Source: Psittacicella sp. (GTDB taxonomy: Bacteria; Pseudomonadota; Gammaproteobacteria; Enterobacterales; JAWXTV01). From it: a DNA stretch of 55,025 bases. Positions 1 through 13,277 of the stretch are shown here, in pieces (position 1 is the stretch's first letter; every line of letters begins with the position of its first letter). The translations under genes and the position numbers were made by a program. The stretch is from contig JAWXTV010000001.1 of the NCBI GenBank assembly GCA_044433245.1, forward strand, positions 1 through 55,025. Reading direction: 5' to 3'. A model generated the notes under the pieces. The model was given only the letters and a program-made list of their open reading frames with translations, ran no database searches and was not told the DNA's origin.

Positions 1-184
1 TTTAAAATAAACTTTCTATACAATATAAAATAAATTAAATTATCTATTTTTTATTTTTAAAAAAAATCTAATTAAAAATTAACTTCATTCTTTAATTTTT
101 ATGATTGGATTATATTAAATAATTTTTCTTATTTTTATAATAAATAAAAAATAAAATAAAAAATTAAAAGTAAATTAAATAATT

Positions 185-2059
185 ATGTTATATTCTGAAA
201 AATACACTACTATCATTGTAGGTGGCGGCCATGCTGGAGTTGAGGCGGCGCTTGCTTCAGCGCGAATGGGTATAAAAACCTTATTAATTACAAATAATAT
301 AGATTCTTTAGGTCAGATGTCTTGTAATCCAGCTATTGGCGGAATAGGTAAAGGTCATTTAGTTAGAGAGATTGATGCTTTAGGCGGTATTATGGGAAAG
401 GCTGCTGATCATTGTGGTATACAATTTAGAACTTTAAATGCAAGTAAAGGTCCAGCAGTTAGAGCTACAAGAGCTCAGATAGATAAAGATTTGTATAAAG
501 CTTTTATAAAGTCAGCATTAGAAAATCAATTAAACTTAGATTTATTTCAGCAGGAAGTTGCTGATTTTGTTATAAAAGATGATAAAGTAAGAGGTGTTAT
601 TACATTAACAGGTATAACAATTGAATGTGAAAATATTGTTTTAACAGCTGGAACATTTCTTGCTGGAAGAATACATATTGGTTTAAAAAATTTCTCAGCT
701 GGCAGAGATAGTGATAAAGCATCTGATGCTTTAGCTTCAAATTTAGCAAAATATGATTTTAGAATTGGCCGTTTAAAAACTGGAACACCAGTTAGAATAG
801 ATGGAAGGACAATTAATTTTGCTGAACTAACTCCTCAATATGGTGATAGTGATAGTACATTTTCATTTTTAGGGGATGTAAGCTCAAGACCTGATCAAGT
901 TCCTTGTTATATTACGGAAACTAATTTAAAAACTCATGAAATTATTAAAGCTAATTTAGATCAAAGTCCTATGTATGCTGGCGTTATAAATGGGGTTGGT
1001 CCTAGATATTGTCCATCAATTGAAGATAAAGTAGTAAGGTTTCATACAAGGGATAAACATCAAGTTTATTTAGAGCCAGAGGGTCTTAACTCAAATTTAT
1101 ATTATCCAAATGGAATTTCAACAAGCCTTCCTTTTGATGTTCAAATAGAGATGATTCATAGCATAAAAGGTCTTGAGAATGCAAGAATTGTAAAGCCTGC
1201 TTATGCTATAGAATATGATTATTTTGATCCAAGAGATCTTAAAAAAAGTTTAGAAACAAAATTAATTTCTGGATTATTTTTTGCTGGCCAAATAAATGGA
1301 ACTACAGGATATGAAGAAGCTGCTGCTCAAGGACTTTTTGCTGGAATAAATTCAGCTTTAAAAGCTCAATCTAAAGAGCCTTGGATACCAAAAAGAAATG
1401 AAGCTTATATTGGAGTTTTAGTTGATGATTTATCTACATTAGGCACTAAAGAGCCATACCGCTTATTTACATCTAGAGCTGAGTATAGGCTACAATTAAG
1501 AGAAGATAATGCTGATATGAGGTTATGTGAGCTTGCTTATAGTATTGGTCTAATAGATGAGGACAGATATAATATCTTTTTAAATAAAAAGAATCTAGCA
1601 TCAAGTGAGTATGAGAGATTAAAAACTATATGGGTTAATCCAAAATCTTCTTATATTGATGAAATTAATAGTTACTTAAAAACTCCACTATCTCAAGAAA
1701 TTTCAGCATTTAATCTTCTTAAAAGGCCGGAAATTACTTATAATATTTTAATGGGTATAGATATCTTTAAAAGAGATAAGTCATTAGATAAATTAACAGC
1801 TCAACAGGTTGAAATTGTAATTAAATATGAAGGTTATATAGCTCACCAAGAAAATGAAGTTTTAAAACATAAAAAACTTGAATTAACTTTAATACCTGAT
1901 GATTGTGATTTTAGTTTAATTCCAGGTTTATCAAATGAGGTTAGGGCAAAATTAATAGATATTAAACCTAAAACTATAGCTGAAGCAAATAGAATTTCAG
2001 GAATAACTCCTGCTGCTATTTCTATTTTATTAGTGTATTTAAGAAAGATTTCTAAGTAG
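185..2059 (+). CDS. mnmG: tRNA uridine 5-carboxymethylaminomethyl modification enzyme MnmG (GidA)
   Basis: 624-aa ORF with N-terminal FAD fold [20 protein letters not shown]. It is colinear over its full length with MnmG as recalled. rsmG follows 6 nt downstream, the classic gidA-gidB pair. Confidence 0.96.
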   Translation: MLYSEKYTTIIVGGGHAGVEAALASARMGIKTLLITNNIDSLGQMSCNPAIGGIGKGHLVREIDALGGIMGKAADHCGIQFRTLNASKGPAVRATRAQIDKDLYKAFIKSALENQLNLDLFQQEVADFVIKDDKVRGVITLTGITIECENIVLTAGTFLAGRIHIGLKNFSAGRDSDKASDALASNLAKYDFRIGRLKTGTPVRIDGRTINFAELTPQYGDSDSTFSFLGDVSSRPDQVPCYITETNLKTHEIIKANLDQSPMYAGVINGVGPRYCPSIEDKVVRFHTRDKHQVYLEPEGLNSNLYYPNGISTSLPFDVQIEMIHSIKGLENARIVKPAYAIEYDYFDPRDLKKSLETKLISGLFFAGQINGTTGYEEAAAQGLFAGINSALKAQSKEPWIPKRNEAYIGVLVDDLSTLGTKEPYRLFTSRAEYRLQLREDNADMRLCELAYSIGLIDEDRYNIFLNKKNLASSEYERLKTIWVNPKSSYIDEINSYLKTPLSQEISAFNLLKRPEITYNILMGIDIFKRDKSLDKLTAQQVEIVIKYEGYIAHQENEVLKHKKLELTLIPDDCDFSLIPGLSNEVRAKLIDIKPKTIAEANRISGITPAAISILLVYLRKISK

Positions 2060-2065
2060 GTAAAT

Positions 2066-2716
2066 ATGGCTAGTGATTTAGAAATATTTTTGGAATCTGA
2101 TCTTTATTTTAAGCTTTTAAAGGATTTAAAAGTTAAGTCTGAATTAATGAATATAAGCTTAACAGATAAAATAGCTAAAAAGCTTATTAGTTTTATTTTT
2201 TATGTAAATAAATGGAATAAAACTCATAATTTAACATCAATTACTGATTTTAATGAAATGCTTACTAAGCATATTTTAGATAGTATTTCAGTAAATAGTC
2301 ATGTTGCTAAGGAGAATTATTTAGATATAGGAACTGGTGCTGGGTTTCCTGGAGTGCCTCTTGCTATTTTAAATCCTGATAAAAAGTTTTATTTACTTGA
2401 TGGAGCTTCTAAAAGGATTAATTTTATAAAATATGCTACTGCAATTTTAGATATTAAAAATGTGGAAGCTATTCATGCTAGAATGGAAAATTATAAATCT
2501 TCTGTAAAATTTGATGGTATTTTTTCAAGAGCTGTAAGTAGTTTTGAAAACCTTATAGAACTTAGCTCTCATCTTGTAACTCAAGATAGAACTAAGTATT
2601 ATTTTCTTAAAGCTAATATAGATATTAAAGAGTTGGAAAGTTTGAAATTAAACTTTTTTGTTGAAGATATTCTTATACCAGGTTTGAATGCTAAAAGAAG
2701 TCTTGTGATTATTTAA
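2066..2716 (+). CDS. rsmG: 16S rRNA (guanine527-N7)-methyltransferase RsmG (GidB)
   Basis: 216 aa with SAM-binding motif [15 protein letters not shown]. It sits directly after mnmG. Confidence 0.93.
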   Translation: MASDLEIFLESDLYFKLLKDLKVKSELMNISLTDKIAKKLISFIFYVNKWNKTHNLTSITDFNEMLTKHILDSISVNSHVAKENYLDIGTGAGFPGVPLAILNPDKKFYLLDGASKRINFIKYATAILDIKNVEAIHARMENYKSSVKFDGIFSRAVSSFENLIELSSHLVTQDRTKYYFLKANIDIKELESLKLNFFVEDILIPGLNAKRSLVII

Positions 2717-3209
2717 TTTTATATATAGGGTCTATATACTGAATAGACATATCCCATGGAAGCTCAATCCAAGTATCTTGTGGGATATCTTCTACATAAG
2801 AATCAACAAGTTTAACTCCAGCTGGTTTTGCATATAAAGTTACAAAATACCCTTTAGGGAATATTTTCTTTAACTCTTTAATGGTATTTCCAGTATCTAC
2901 AAGATCATCTATAATAATAAACCCATCTCCATCATGATCTGGTTTATTTAAAATTTTAACCTCTTTACTTTCATCTTGAGAAAAATGTTCTGTATAGCTT
3001 ACTACAGAAATAGTTTCTACATGTCTTATCCCAAGTTCTCTTGCTAGAATTGCGGCCGGAGCAAGTCCACCTCTACTAATTGCAATTATTCCTTTCCACT
3101 TTGTTTCAGGTAGTAGTTTGATTGCAAGTTTTCTAGCATTCGTATGAAACTCTTCCCATGTAACTAAATGTTTACTCATTTGGGCGATAATATTATCTGG
3201 TTTTGACAT
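2709..3209 (-). CDS. gpt: xanthine-guanine phosphoribosyltransferase
   Basis: PRPP-binding motif [13 protein letters not shown], plus [12 protein letters not shown] and a C-terminal [12 protein letters not shown] block very close to E. coli Gpt. It is divergent from pepD, as in E. coli. An alternative start at Met11 (3179) is possible. Confidence 0.93.
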   Translation of the reverse strand: MSKPDNIIAQMSKHLVTWEEFHTNARKLAIKLLPETKWKGIIAISRGGLAPAAILARELGIRHVETISVVSYTEHFSQDESKEVKILNKPDHDGDGFIIIDDLVDTGNTIKELKKIFPKGYFVTLYAKPAGVKLVDSYVEDIPQDTWIELPWDMSIQYIDPIYKIK

Positions 3210-3278
3210 TTTTAGATTTATCCCTGATGTATTTTGAATTATTTTGATTTGATAAATTAACTTTTTATTTTCTAAAAG

Positions 3279-3397
3279 TTACAATATAACTTATTTAAAT
3301 ACGAATATTGTAATTAGCAATATTGTAATATAATTAAAGTGATAATATAAGATCTATAAAAAAATAATTAATAAAATTGTAATTTAGCTTAGATCTT
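3279..3397. promoter_or_regulatory. Repeated ATTGTAA(T) motif cluster in the gpt/pepD divergent promoter; candidate operator
   Basis: AATATTGTAAT occurs twice in tandem (3304-3314 and 3319-3329, 4-nt spacer TAGC). An inverted copy TTACAATAT is at 3279-3287 and a degenerate copy AAATTGTAATTT at 3374-3385. The last copy is bracketed by inverted AAGATCTA/TAGATCTT arms (3349-3356 / 3390-3397). Confidence 0.35.
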
Positions 3398-3417
3398 CTA
3401 GGCTTTAAGGATAAAAT

Positions 3418-4836
3418 ATGATTAAACTATTTCCTAAATTATTGTGGGATAATTTTTTTGGAATCTGTGAAGTTCCAAGACCATCTCATCATGAAGAGAA
3501 GATTCAAAATTATTTAGTTGATTGGGCTAAAAAACATAACTTAAGTTTTAAGCAAGATGAAGTTGGAAATATTTTAATCAAAAAACCAGCTTCAAAGGGT
3601 ATGGAGAGTAAAAAATCTATAGCTCTTCAAGCTCATATGGATATGGTTCCTCAAAAAACTCCAGATAGCTTTCATAATTTTTTAGAGGATCCGATTATTC
3701 CTAGAGTTGAAAATGGTTGGGTAAAAGCAACAAATACAACTTTAGGAGCAGATAATGGAATAGGTCTTGCTGCGATACTTGCTGTTTTTGAAAGTAAAGA
3801 TATGGTTCATCCAGAAATCGAAGGATTGATTACTGTGACCGAAGAAGATGGGATGGATGGGGCTTCAGCTCTAAAAAATAATTTTTTAGAGTCTAAATTA
3901 ATGCTTAATTTAGATACTGAAATATTAGGAGATATATATGTTGGGTGTGCTGGTGGGGTTAATTTAAACATTTCAACAAATATTTCTTATGAGGAAGCTT
4001 TAAAAGATGGATACACTCTTAGTGTTTCAGGATTAAGGGGTGGCCACTCAGGGTGTGATATACATACAGATAGAATTAATGCAATATTTGTTTTGTTTAA
4101 TATTTTACAAGAAGTAGCTAAAATAGATCTTTCAATATCTACTTTCGAGGGTGGATCTGTAAGAAATGCTATACCAAGAGATGCTAGCTCTTCTTTTGTA
4201 ACAAGCTTGCCTAAAGAGAAAATTGAGGAAATTTTAAAATCTTTTAAAGATAAATTATCCTTTGAAACATCTCTAGAGTTTAGTTTGGAAAATACTAAGA
4301 TTACAAGACTGTATTCTAAAGAAAGTTATAAAAATTTTATAACTCTTATGTCTACTTTACCAAATGGTGTAGTATCTTTTAGTAATAAATTTAAAGGTGT
4401 AGTAGATACGTCTCTTAGTATGGGGTTATGTAAAAACTATGAAGAGGTTTTAGAGTTTATAATTCTTGTTAGATCTTTAAATGAAGAGCATAAAGCTTCC
4501 CTTATGAGTGATCTTGAAAGTATCTGCTTAAAATCTAATTCAAAAGCTATTTTTAGTGATAATTACCCAGGATGGGATCCGGATAATAATAGCTCTCTTA
4601 CAAAATTAGTAGCTAATAAATATGAAGAGATTTTGGAAAGGAAAGCTGATATTAAAGTAATTCATGCAGGCCTTGAGTGTGGATTTGTGAAATCTATTTA
4701 TCCAGAGATGGATATAGTATCATTTGGCCCTACAATAATAAATGCTCACTCTCCTGATGAGGCAGTTAATATAGAATCGGTGAAAGTATTTTGGGATACT
4801 TTATGTAAAATTTTGGAAAATTCTCCAGCAAAATAA
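3418..4836 (+). CDS. pepD: aminoacyl-histidine (Xaa-His) dipeptidase PepD, M20 family
   Basis: 472 aa. The blocks PRPSHHEE, LQAHMDMVPQK, TTLGADNGIG, GLRGGHSG, IHAGLECG and GPTIINAHSPDE match E. coli PepD block for block. Confidence 0.94.
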   Translation: MIKLFPKLLWDNFFGICEVPRPSHHEEKIQNYLVDWAKKHNLSFKQDEVGNILIKKPASKGMESKKSIALQAHMDMVPQKTPDSFHNFLEDPIIPRVENGWVKATNTTLGADNGIGLAAILAVFESKDMVHPEIEGLITVTEEDGMDGASALKNNFLESKLMLNLDTEILGDIYVGCAGGVNLNISTNISYEEALKDGYTLSVSGLRGGHSGCDIHTDRINAIFVLFNILQEVAKIDLSISTFEGGSVRNAIPRDASSSFVTSLPKEKIEEILKSFKDKLSFETSLEFSLENTKITRLYSKESYKNFITLMSTLPNGVVSFSNKFKGVVDTSLSMGLCKNYEEVLEFIILVRSLNEEHKASLMSDLESICLKSNSKAIFSDNYPGWDPDNNSSLTKLVANKYEEILERKADIKVIHAGLECGFVKSIYPEMDIVSFGPTIINAHSPDEAVNIESVKVFWDTLCKILENSPAK

Positions 4837-4840
4837 TTAA

Positions 4841-5845
<1,005 letters not shown>

Positions 5846-5852
5846 TGTAAAA

Positions 5853-6530
5853 TTATAAAGCTTCTAATATTTTAATTATAGCCTTTGAAGATTCTTTAGA
5901 GGCTATATCTAAAAATTCTTTAAAATCAACATTAGCATCATCATTAGCATTATCACTTATAGCTCTTAGCATGATAAAAGGTTTATTGAAAATATAGCAT
6001 CCTTGAGCTACAGCAGCTATTTCCATTTCTATTGCCATTATATTTGGGAAATCTTTTTTAATTCTTTCTATTTGAGCTTTAGACCCGCAGAATTCATCAC
6101 CACTGCATATTAAACCTTCTTTAATAGAGCTACCTAAAGATGTTTTTACAATTGTATTATATTTTTTATCAGGATTAAAAGTTTCAGGGCATCCTGGAAG
6201 CTGACCTTTTTTATATCCAAAAGCAGTAACATCAGCGCTATGATAAGCAATGCTTGATGCTAGAACTAGATCTCCAACTTTTAAATCTTCTTTAATTCCA
6301 CCAGCTGAACCCGTATTTATTATAAGATCTGGATCTTTTTTAAGAATAAGAATTGAGGTGCTTATAGCAGCGGCAGCAGTACCTATTCCTGATTTAACAA
6401 GAAAAACTTCATGATCAAAAATTTTTCCTGAGTAAATATCTGTTTTTCCAAATGTTTCTTTAGAGCCTTTTATAATATCTTTAAGAATTATAATCTCTTC
6501 TTCCATTGCTCCAATTATGCCGATTTTCAT
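5853..6530 (-). CDS. mtnN: 5'-methylthioadenosine/S-adenosylhomocysteine nucleosidase
   Basis: 225 aa. MKIGIIGAMEEE, INTGSAGG, DVTAFGY..GQLPGCP and EMEIAAVA closely match E. coli Pfs/MtnN. Its start overlaps the dsbC stop by 4 nt. Confidence 0.94.
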   Translation of the reverse strand: MKIGIIGAMEEEIIILKDIIKGSKETFGKTDIYSGKIFDHEVFLVKSGIGTAAAAISTSILILKKDPDLIINTGSAGGIKEDLKVGDLVLASSIAYHSADVTAFGYKKGQLPGCPETFNPDKKYNTIVKTSLGSSIKEGLICSGDEFCGSKAQIERIKKDFPNIMAIEMEIAAVAQGCYIFNKPFIMLRAISDNANDDANVDFKEFLDIASKESSKAIIKILEAL

Positions 6531-7252
6531 ATTTTTCCTTGTAGAATAGTTAGTAATTTTTTAGGGGTTATACTTCCTGGGATAATAATTCCATTTGAGG
6601 TAATTAAAAGTGGAGTATATTTTATATTATATTCATTTGCTATAAAGTATGAGTTTTTAACAATTTCTAAAGGTTCTTTAACATAGAAATTATTTGTTCC
6701 ATTAAAAGCTGCTAGCAAATTTTCATGAGGGTGTTTTGAAGTCCAAATATATTGCATTTGATAAGCTTCTTGAGAGTTTAATCCCTCTTTTGGGTAAGGA
6801 AGGAGTTTAACTGTTATACCTTGAGATGTATAAGAGTTTATTTTTTGAATAAAAGTTTTGCAGTAACCACAAGATATATCAATGAAAGCTGTAATACTAT
6901 ATTTTTGGTTTGGAGCTTTAAATTCTATAGCTGATTTATTAAGCTCATTTAAAATCCCCATAAGATACATTCCACTTACATTGGTAATAATTTTATTAGA
7001 TACTTTATAAAGATTTCCTTCTATAATATAAGACCCATTTTTTGTAATATAGAAAGTTCCTTGTTTTGAGTAGATGCTATATAAATTAGGAAAAGGTGAT
7101 TTTGTAATAATTACATCTGTTAAATTTAAAGCAGATATAGTATTTTCAACTCCACTGTTTTCTATATTTTTATTTTGGGAATTTAAAGCATTAGAAGCAT
7201 AAGCTGGGATTAAAATAGATAAAAGAAAAATTGTTAGAAAAATTTTTTTCAT
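6527..7252 (-). CDS. dsbC: periplasmic thiol:disulfide interchange protein DsbC
   Basis: 241 aa with signal peptide MKKIFLTIFLLSILIPAYA, the thioredoxin-fold motif FIDISCGYCKTF and a DsbC-like C-terminus (YTPLLITSNGIIIPGSITPKKL). Confidence 0.85.
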   Translation of the reverse strand: MKKIFLTIFLLSILIPAYASNALNSQNKNIENSGVENTISALNLTDVIITKSPFPNLYSIYSKQGTFYITKNGSYIIEGNLYKVSNKIITNVSGMYLMGILNELNKSAIEFKAPNQKYSITAFIDISCGYCKTFIQKINSYTSQGITVKLLPYPKEGLNSQEAYQMQYIWTSKHPHENLLAAFNGTNNFYVKEPLEIVKNSYFIANEYNIKYTPLLITSNGIIIPGSITPKKLLTILQGKI

Positions 7253-7340
7253 TTTTGTTTTTTAAATAAAATTTTATTTTAATTTTACATTATAATATCT
7301 AAAAGGTTAAAATAATAATTTAAATTTACAGGTTTTATAA

Positions 7341-8432
7341 ATGTTAGAAGCATCTTTTTTAAAGCAGCAAATATTAGATTTAATATCCAGGGTAGATTCT
7401 CTAAGAGAATTTCTTGAAATTGATATAAAAATTGAGTCTTTAAAAGAAATTGAGTATGAGTTATCTTCATCAGAGAACTGGTCTAATCAAGAAAAAATGT
7501 CTTCTTTAAATAAGAGTGCAATTTCTTTAAAAAGTGAAATAGAATTAATAGAAAGATTGTCTTTAGAGCTTAAAGATAACTTAGAACTTTTATTACTTGG
7601 TGAAGAGGATTTTAACATTTTAGAAGAGATAGATAAATCTCTATTATTTATTGTAAAAGAAGTTGAAGCTTCTGAATTAAATAAGATTTTTTCCAAAAAG
7701 TTTGATAAATCAAACTGTTATTTAGATATTCAATCTGGTAGTGGTGGAACTGAGGCTCAAGACTGGGCTGATATGGTTTTTAGAATGTATTCTAGATTTT
7801 GTGATTCTATGGATTTTAAAGTTGAAGTTATAGATTTTTCAGCAGGTGATGTTGTAGGTATAAAAGGAGCTACTCTTAAAATAAGTGGAGACTATGCTTA
7901 TGGTTGGCTTAGAACTGAAACTGGAGTTCATAGATTGGTTAGAAAAAGTCCATTTGATGCTAACAATAAAAGGCATACCTCTTTTTGTTCTATTTTTGTA
8001 TACCCAGAAATAGATGAAGTAATTGAGATAGATATAAATCCAGCTGATTTAAGAATTGATGTTTATAGAGCATCAGGAGCTGGTGGGCAGCATATAAATA
8101 AGACGGAAAGTGCTGTTAGAATTACTCATTTACCAACAAACACTGTAGTTCAATGTCAAAATGAAAGATCTCAACATAAAAATAAAGCTCAAGCAATGAA
8201 GCAACTTCAAGCTAAGCTTTATGAGCTTGAATTAAGTAAACAAAATGAAGAAAAGCAAGTTATTGAAGATAATAAGTCAGATATAGGTTGGGGTTCGCAA
8301 ATCAGATCTTATGTGTTAGATGACTCAAGAATTAAGGATACAAGAACTGGTTTTGAGGATAGAAACCCTCAAAATATTTTAAATGGTAATTTAACTCAAT
8401 TTATAGAAGCAAGTTTAAAAATGGGATTATAG
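7341..8432 (+). CDS. prfB: peptide chain release factor 2, encoded in one uninterrupted frame (no programmed frameshift)
   Basis: 363 aa with the SPF tripeptide (VRKSPFD) and the GGQ motif ([16 protein letters not shown]). The C-terminus is nearly identical to E. coli RF2. Codons 25-26 are CTT GAA, where E. coli has CTT TGA C. Confidence 0.96.
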   Translation: MLEASFLKQQILDLISRVDSLREFLEIDIKIESLKEIEYELSSSENWSNQEKMSSLNKSAISLKSEIELIERLSLELKDNLELLLLGEEDFNILEEIDKSLLFIVKEVEASELNKIFSKKFDKSNCYLDIQSGSGGTEAQDWADMVFRMYSRFCDSMDFKVEVIDFSAGDVVGIKGATLKISGDYAYGWLRTETGVHRLVRKSPFDANNKRHTSFCSIFVYPEIDEVIEIDINPADLRIDVYRASGAGGQHINKTESAVRITHLPTNTVVQCQNERSQHKNKAQAMKQLQAKLYELELSKQNEEKQVIEDNKSDIGWGSQIRSYVLDDSRIKDTRTGFEDRNPQNILNGNLTQFIEASLKMGL

Positions 8433-9095
8433 ATGAAAGATAAAAAAGCGTTAGTTATTTTTTCAGGCGGGCAGGATTCAACAACATGTTTAATTAATGC
8501 TATTAATATTTATGGATCTAATAATGTTGAAGTTATTACATTTTATTATGGCCAAAGACATTCGGTGGAGCTTGAAAAATCAAGATTTATAGCAAAAGAT
8601 TTAGGTATTAAACAAACTGAGATGGATCTTTCTGTTATGAGCTCTATTACAACTAATTCTTTAATGGATTCAAAAGCTCAGTTTCATACAGATGAAAAGG
8701 GGATGCCTGATACTTTTGTTGATGGTAGAAATGCCCTTTTTCTTTTGTATGCAGCTATTTATGCTAAAAGCCAAGGCATTAGTGATATAATAACTGGAGT
8801 TTGTGAAACAGATTTTAGTGGATATCCGGATTGTCGTGATGTTTTTATTAAATCAATGAATGTTACTTTAAATTTAGCAATGGATTATAACTTTAGAGTG
8901 GTTACTCCTTTAATGTATTTAACAAAAGCTCAAACTTGGGAAATGGCAGATAAGCTTGGGTATTTAGAGTATATAAATAAAAATACTCATACTTGTTATA
9001 ATGGTGTTGAAGGTGGTTGTAAAGTTTGTCCAAGCTGTATTCTTCGTGAAAATGGTTTAAAAGAGTATTTAACTAGCAAAAATAAAACGTTATAA
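8433..9095 (+). CDS. queC: 7-cyano-7-deazaguanine synthase
   Basis: 220 aa with PP-loop [12 protein letters not shown] and C-terminal Zn-cysteine cluster [16 protein letters not shown]. The ATG directly abuts the prfB stop. Confidence 0.93.
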   Translation: MKDKKALVIFSGGQDSTTCLINAINIYGSNNVEVITFYYGQRHSVELEKSRFIAKDLGIKQTEMDLSVMSSITTNSLMDSKAQFHTDEKGMPDTFVDGRNALFLLYAAIYAKSQGISDIITGVCETDFSGYPDCRDVFIKSMNVTLNLAMDYNFRVVTPLMYLTKAQTWEMADKLGYLEYINKNTHTCYNGVEGGCKVCPSCILRENGLKEYLTSKNKTL

Positions 9096-9136
9096 AAATA
9101 AAAATTATTTTATTAAAAAAGAAATTTAATGATTAA

Positions 9137-11539
<2,403 letters not shown>

Positions 11540-11549
11540 GATTTAAATT

Positions 11550-12572
11550 ATGAAAAACTCATATAAAACATCAATTATTTGCTCTGATCACTGTCACGAG
11601 AGTGAGGAGTATACTTCTGGTCATAAGCATAGTATTCATACTCATAAGCATACTCATCATGAGCACGCTCATATGCACGCTCACCACCACCATGATCTTT
11701 CTGGTAAAAATTTATTTTTTACTATTTTATTAAATATATTGATTACTTTATCTGAGTTTTTAGGCGGCATTTTTTCAGGAAGTGCTGCTTTATTGGCAGA
11801 TGCTGCGCATAATTTATCAGATGTTACTATTTTTATAGTAGCCTTTATATCTAATAAGATATCTAAAAGACCTTTTGAAAATGATAAAACTTTTGGCTAT
11901 AAAAGAATTGAGATAATTTCAGCAATTATAAATATAGTTTTTATTAATGTAATATCCTTAATTATTATAGCTTTTGCTGTTTATAAAATAGTAATTGGTG
12001 ACCACTCAGATCCTTTGATAATTATAATTATTGCCAGTATTAGTATATTTCTAAATGGAGCTTCAGCTTTTTTTATAAAAGAAGATTCGTCTCATAATTT
12101 AAATATGAAGTATGCATATATTCATTTGCTTTCTGATATGCTAGGATCAATTATAGTTTTAGCATCCGGTGTAGTTATATATTTTACTCATTTTTATATT
12201 CTAGATTCTTTAGTTTCTATATTGATATCATTTTATTTGATTTATATAGGCTTTAACATCTTCTATACTTCTTATAATGTTATTATGGAATTTGCTCCTA
12301 AAGATTTAGATTTAGGTGCGGTTAAAAATGATATTATAGCTTTAGATTTTGTATATGATATTCATCATATACATGTATGGTCTATAAATGAAAATGATAT
12401 CAGGATGGAGATGCATATTAATTTTAATAAAGATTATAAACTTAGTGAGGCTAGCAAAAAAGTAAAAATAGTTAAAGATTTACTAAAAAGTAAATATCAT
12501 ATTTTGGCCTGTGGAATACAAGCTGAGTATGGAAATAATTTGGAAACAAAATTAATAGTTAACGAAAATTAA
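11550..12572 (+). CDS. cation diffusion facilitator (CDF) family Zn/Co/Cd efflux transporter with His-rich N-terminus
   Basis: 340 aa with a His-rich stretch HKHSIHTHKHTHHEHAHMHAHHHHD. Six predicted TM segments carry LLADAAHNLSD (TM2) and HLLSDMLGS (TM5), the metal-site motifs typical of CzcD/ZitB. Confidence 0.88.
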   Translation: MKNSYKTSIICSDHCHESEEYTSGHKHSIHTHKHTHHEHAHMHAHHHHDLSGKNLFFTILLNILITLSEFLGGIFSGSAALLADAAHNLSDVTIFIVAFISNKISKRPFENDKTFGYKRIEIISAIINIVFINVISLIIIAFAVYKIVIGDHSDPLIIIIIASISIFLNGASAFFIKEDSSHNLNMKYAYIHLLSDMLGSIIVLASGVVIYFTHFYILDSLVSILISFYLIYIGFNIFYTSYNVIMEFAPKDLDLGAVKNDIIALDFVYDIHHIHVWSINENDIRMEMHINFNKDYKLSEASKKVKIVKDLLKSKYHILACGIQAEYGNNLETKLIVNEN

Positions 12573-12608
12573 TATTTTATTAATAAGACTGATAAGGTTT
12601 ATCTAGAT

Positions 12609-13277
12609 ATGATTAAGAAAATTAGTTCAACAATTTTAGTTTTAGGGGCTATTATAGGAACAGCTTATGCTGGAACTTTCTATGGTGGACCAGCATCTTC
12701 TAATAAATTTATTCCAAAAGTTGGAGTTCAATATACAGTTTTAAAGACCCCTTATAAAGCTAATACTGTAACTGAGTTTATGTCTTTTTACTGCCCTCAT
12801 TGTTATAACTATGAGATGGTTTATGATATACCAGAAAAAGTGAGAGCAGGACTTCCTAAAGGTGCTATATTTAATCAATATACTGTTAATTTCTTTAAAA
12901 TGCAGTCCGTGGAGCTTTCTAGAGCTTGGAGCATGGCTCAAGCTTATGGTTATACTTCTAAAGTTGAAAAACCTATGTATACAGCTGTAATAAATGGACA
13001 GATAGCATCAATGAAAGATATTAAAGAAATATTTGTTGAAAATGGAGTAACAGCTTCTGAATTTGATTCAGAGATTAATTCTAAAAGAACTAATGCTATA
13101 GTTCAAAAGCAACTTTATTTTAATAAAGTTTATAATATTAATGAAACTCCAACATTTATAGTTGATGGTAAATATCAAATAAATCCAGAAGGCTTTAAAA
13201 ATGTTAACTCATATCAAGAGTTTGCTAAAGAGTTTAGCGAAACAGTTGTTTATCTACTAAAAAATAAAACTTCATAA
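12609..13277 (+). CDS. dsbA: periplasmic thiol:disulfide oxidoreductase DsbA
   Basis: 222 aa with a signal peptide and the CPHC active site (FMSFYCPHCYNYE). The cis-Pro region ETPTFIVDGKY is present. Confidence 0.88.
   Translation: MIKKISSTILVLGAIIGTAYAGTFYGGPASSNKFIPKVGVQYTVLKTPYKANTVTEFMSFYCPHCYNYEMVYDIPEKVRAGLPKGAIFNQYTVNFFKMQSVELSRAWSMAQAYGYTSKVEKPMYTAVINGQIASMKDIKEIFVENGVTASEFDSEINSKRTNAIVQKQLYFNKVYNINETPTFIVDGKYQINPEGFKNVNSYQEFAKEFSETVVYLLKNKTS

Noticed and set aside
1-184. Possible oriC fragment upstream of mnmG, since gidA flanks oriC in enterobacteria.
   Set aside because: Read by eye, the 184 nt are almost pure A/T. They contain no TTATCCACA-like DnaA box on either strand, no GATC cluster and no 13-mer DUE-type repeats that I can distinguish from background. 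The window edge also truncates the region, so the claim is not supportable.
7285-7696. ORF-track entries 7285..7470 (-) and 7487..7696 (-), antisense to prfB. The same kind of entry occurs at 9327..9623, 10314..10511, 12741..12941, 15123..15338, 24409..24624, 30964..31173, 32647..32865, 44395..44598, 44632..44928, 46830..47132 and 52548..52745.
   Set aside because: Each lies wholly or largely inside, or antisense to, a strongly conserved gene. The translations are low-complexity (Leu/Ile/Phe/Lys/Ser-rich) with no motifs and no Shine-Dalgarno. They are most likely chance open frames inside or overlapping well-supported genes.
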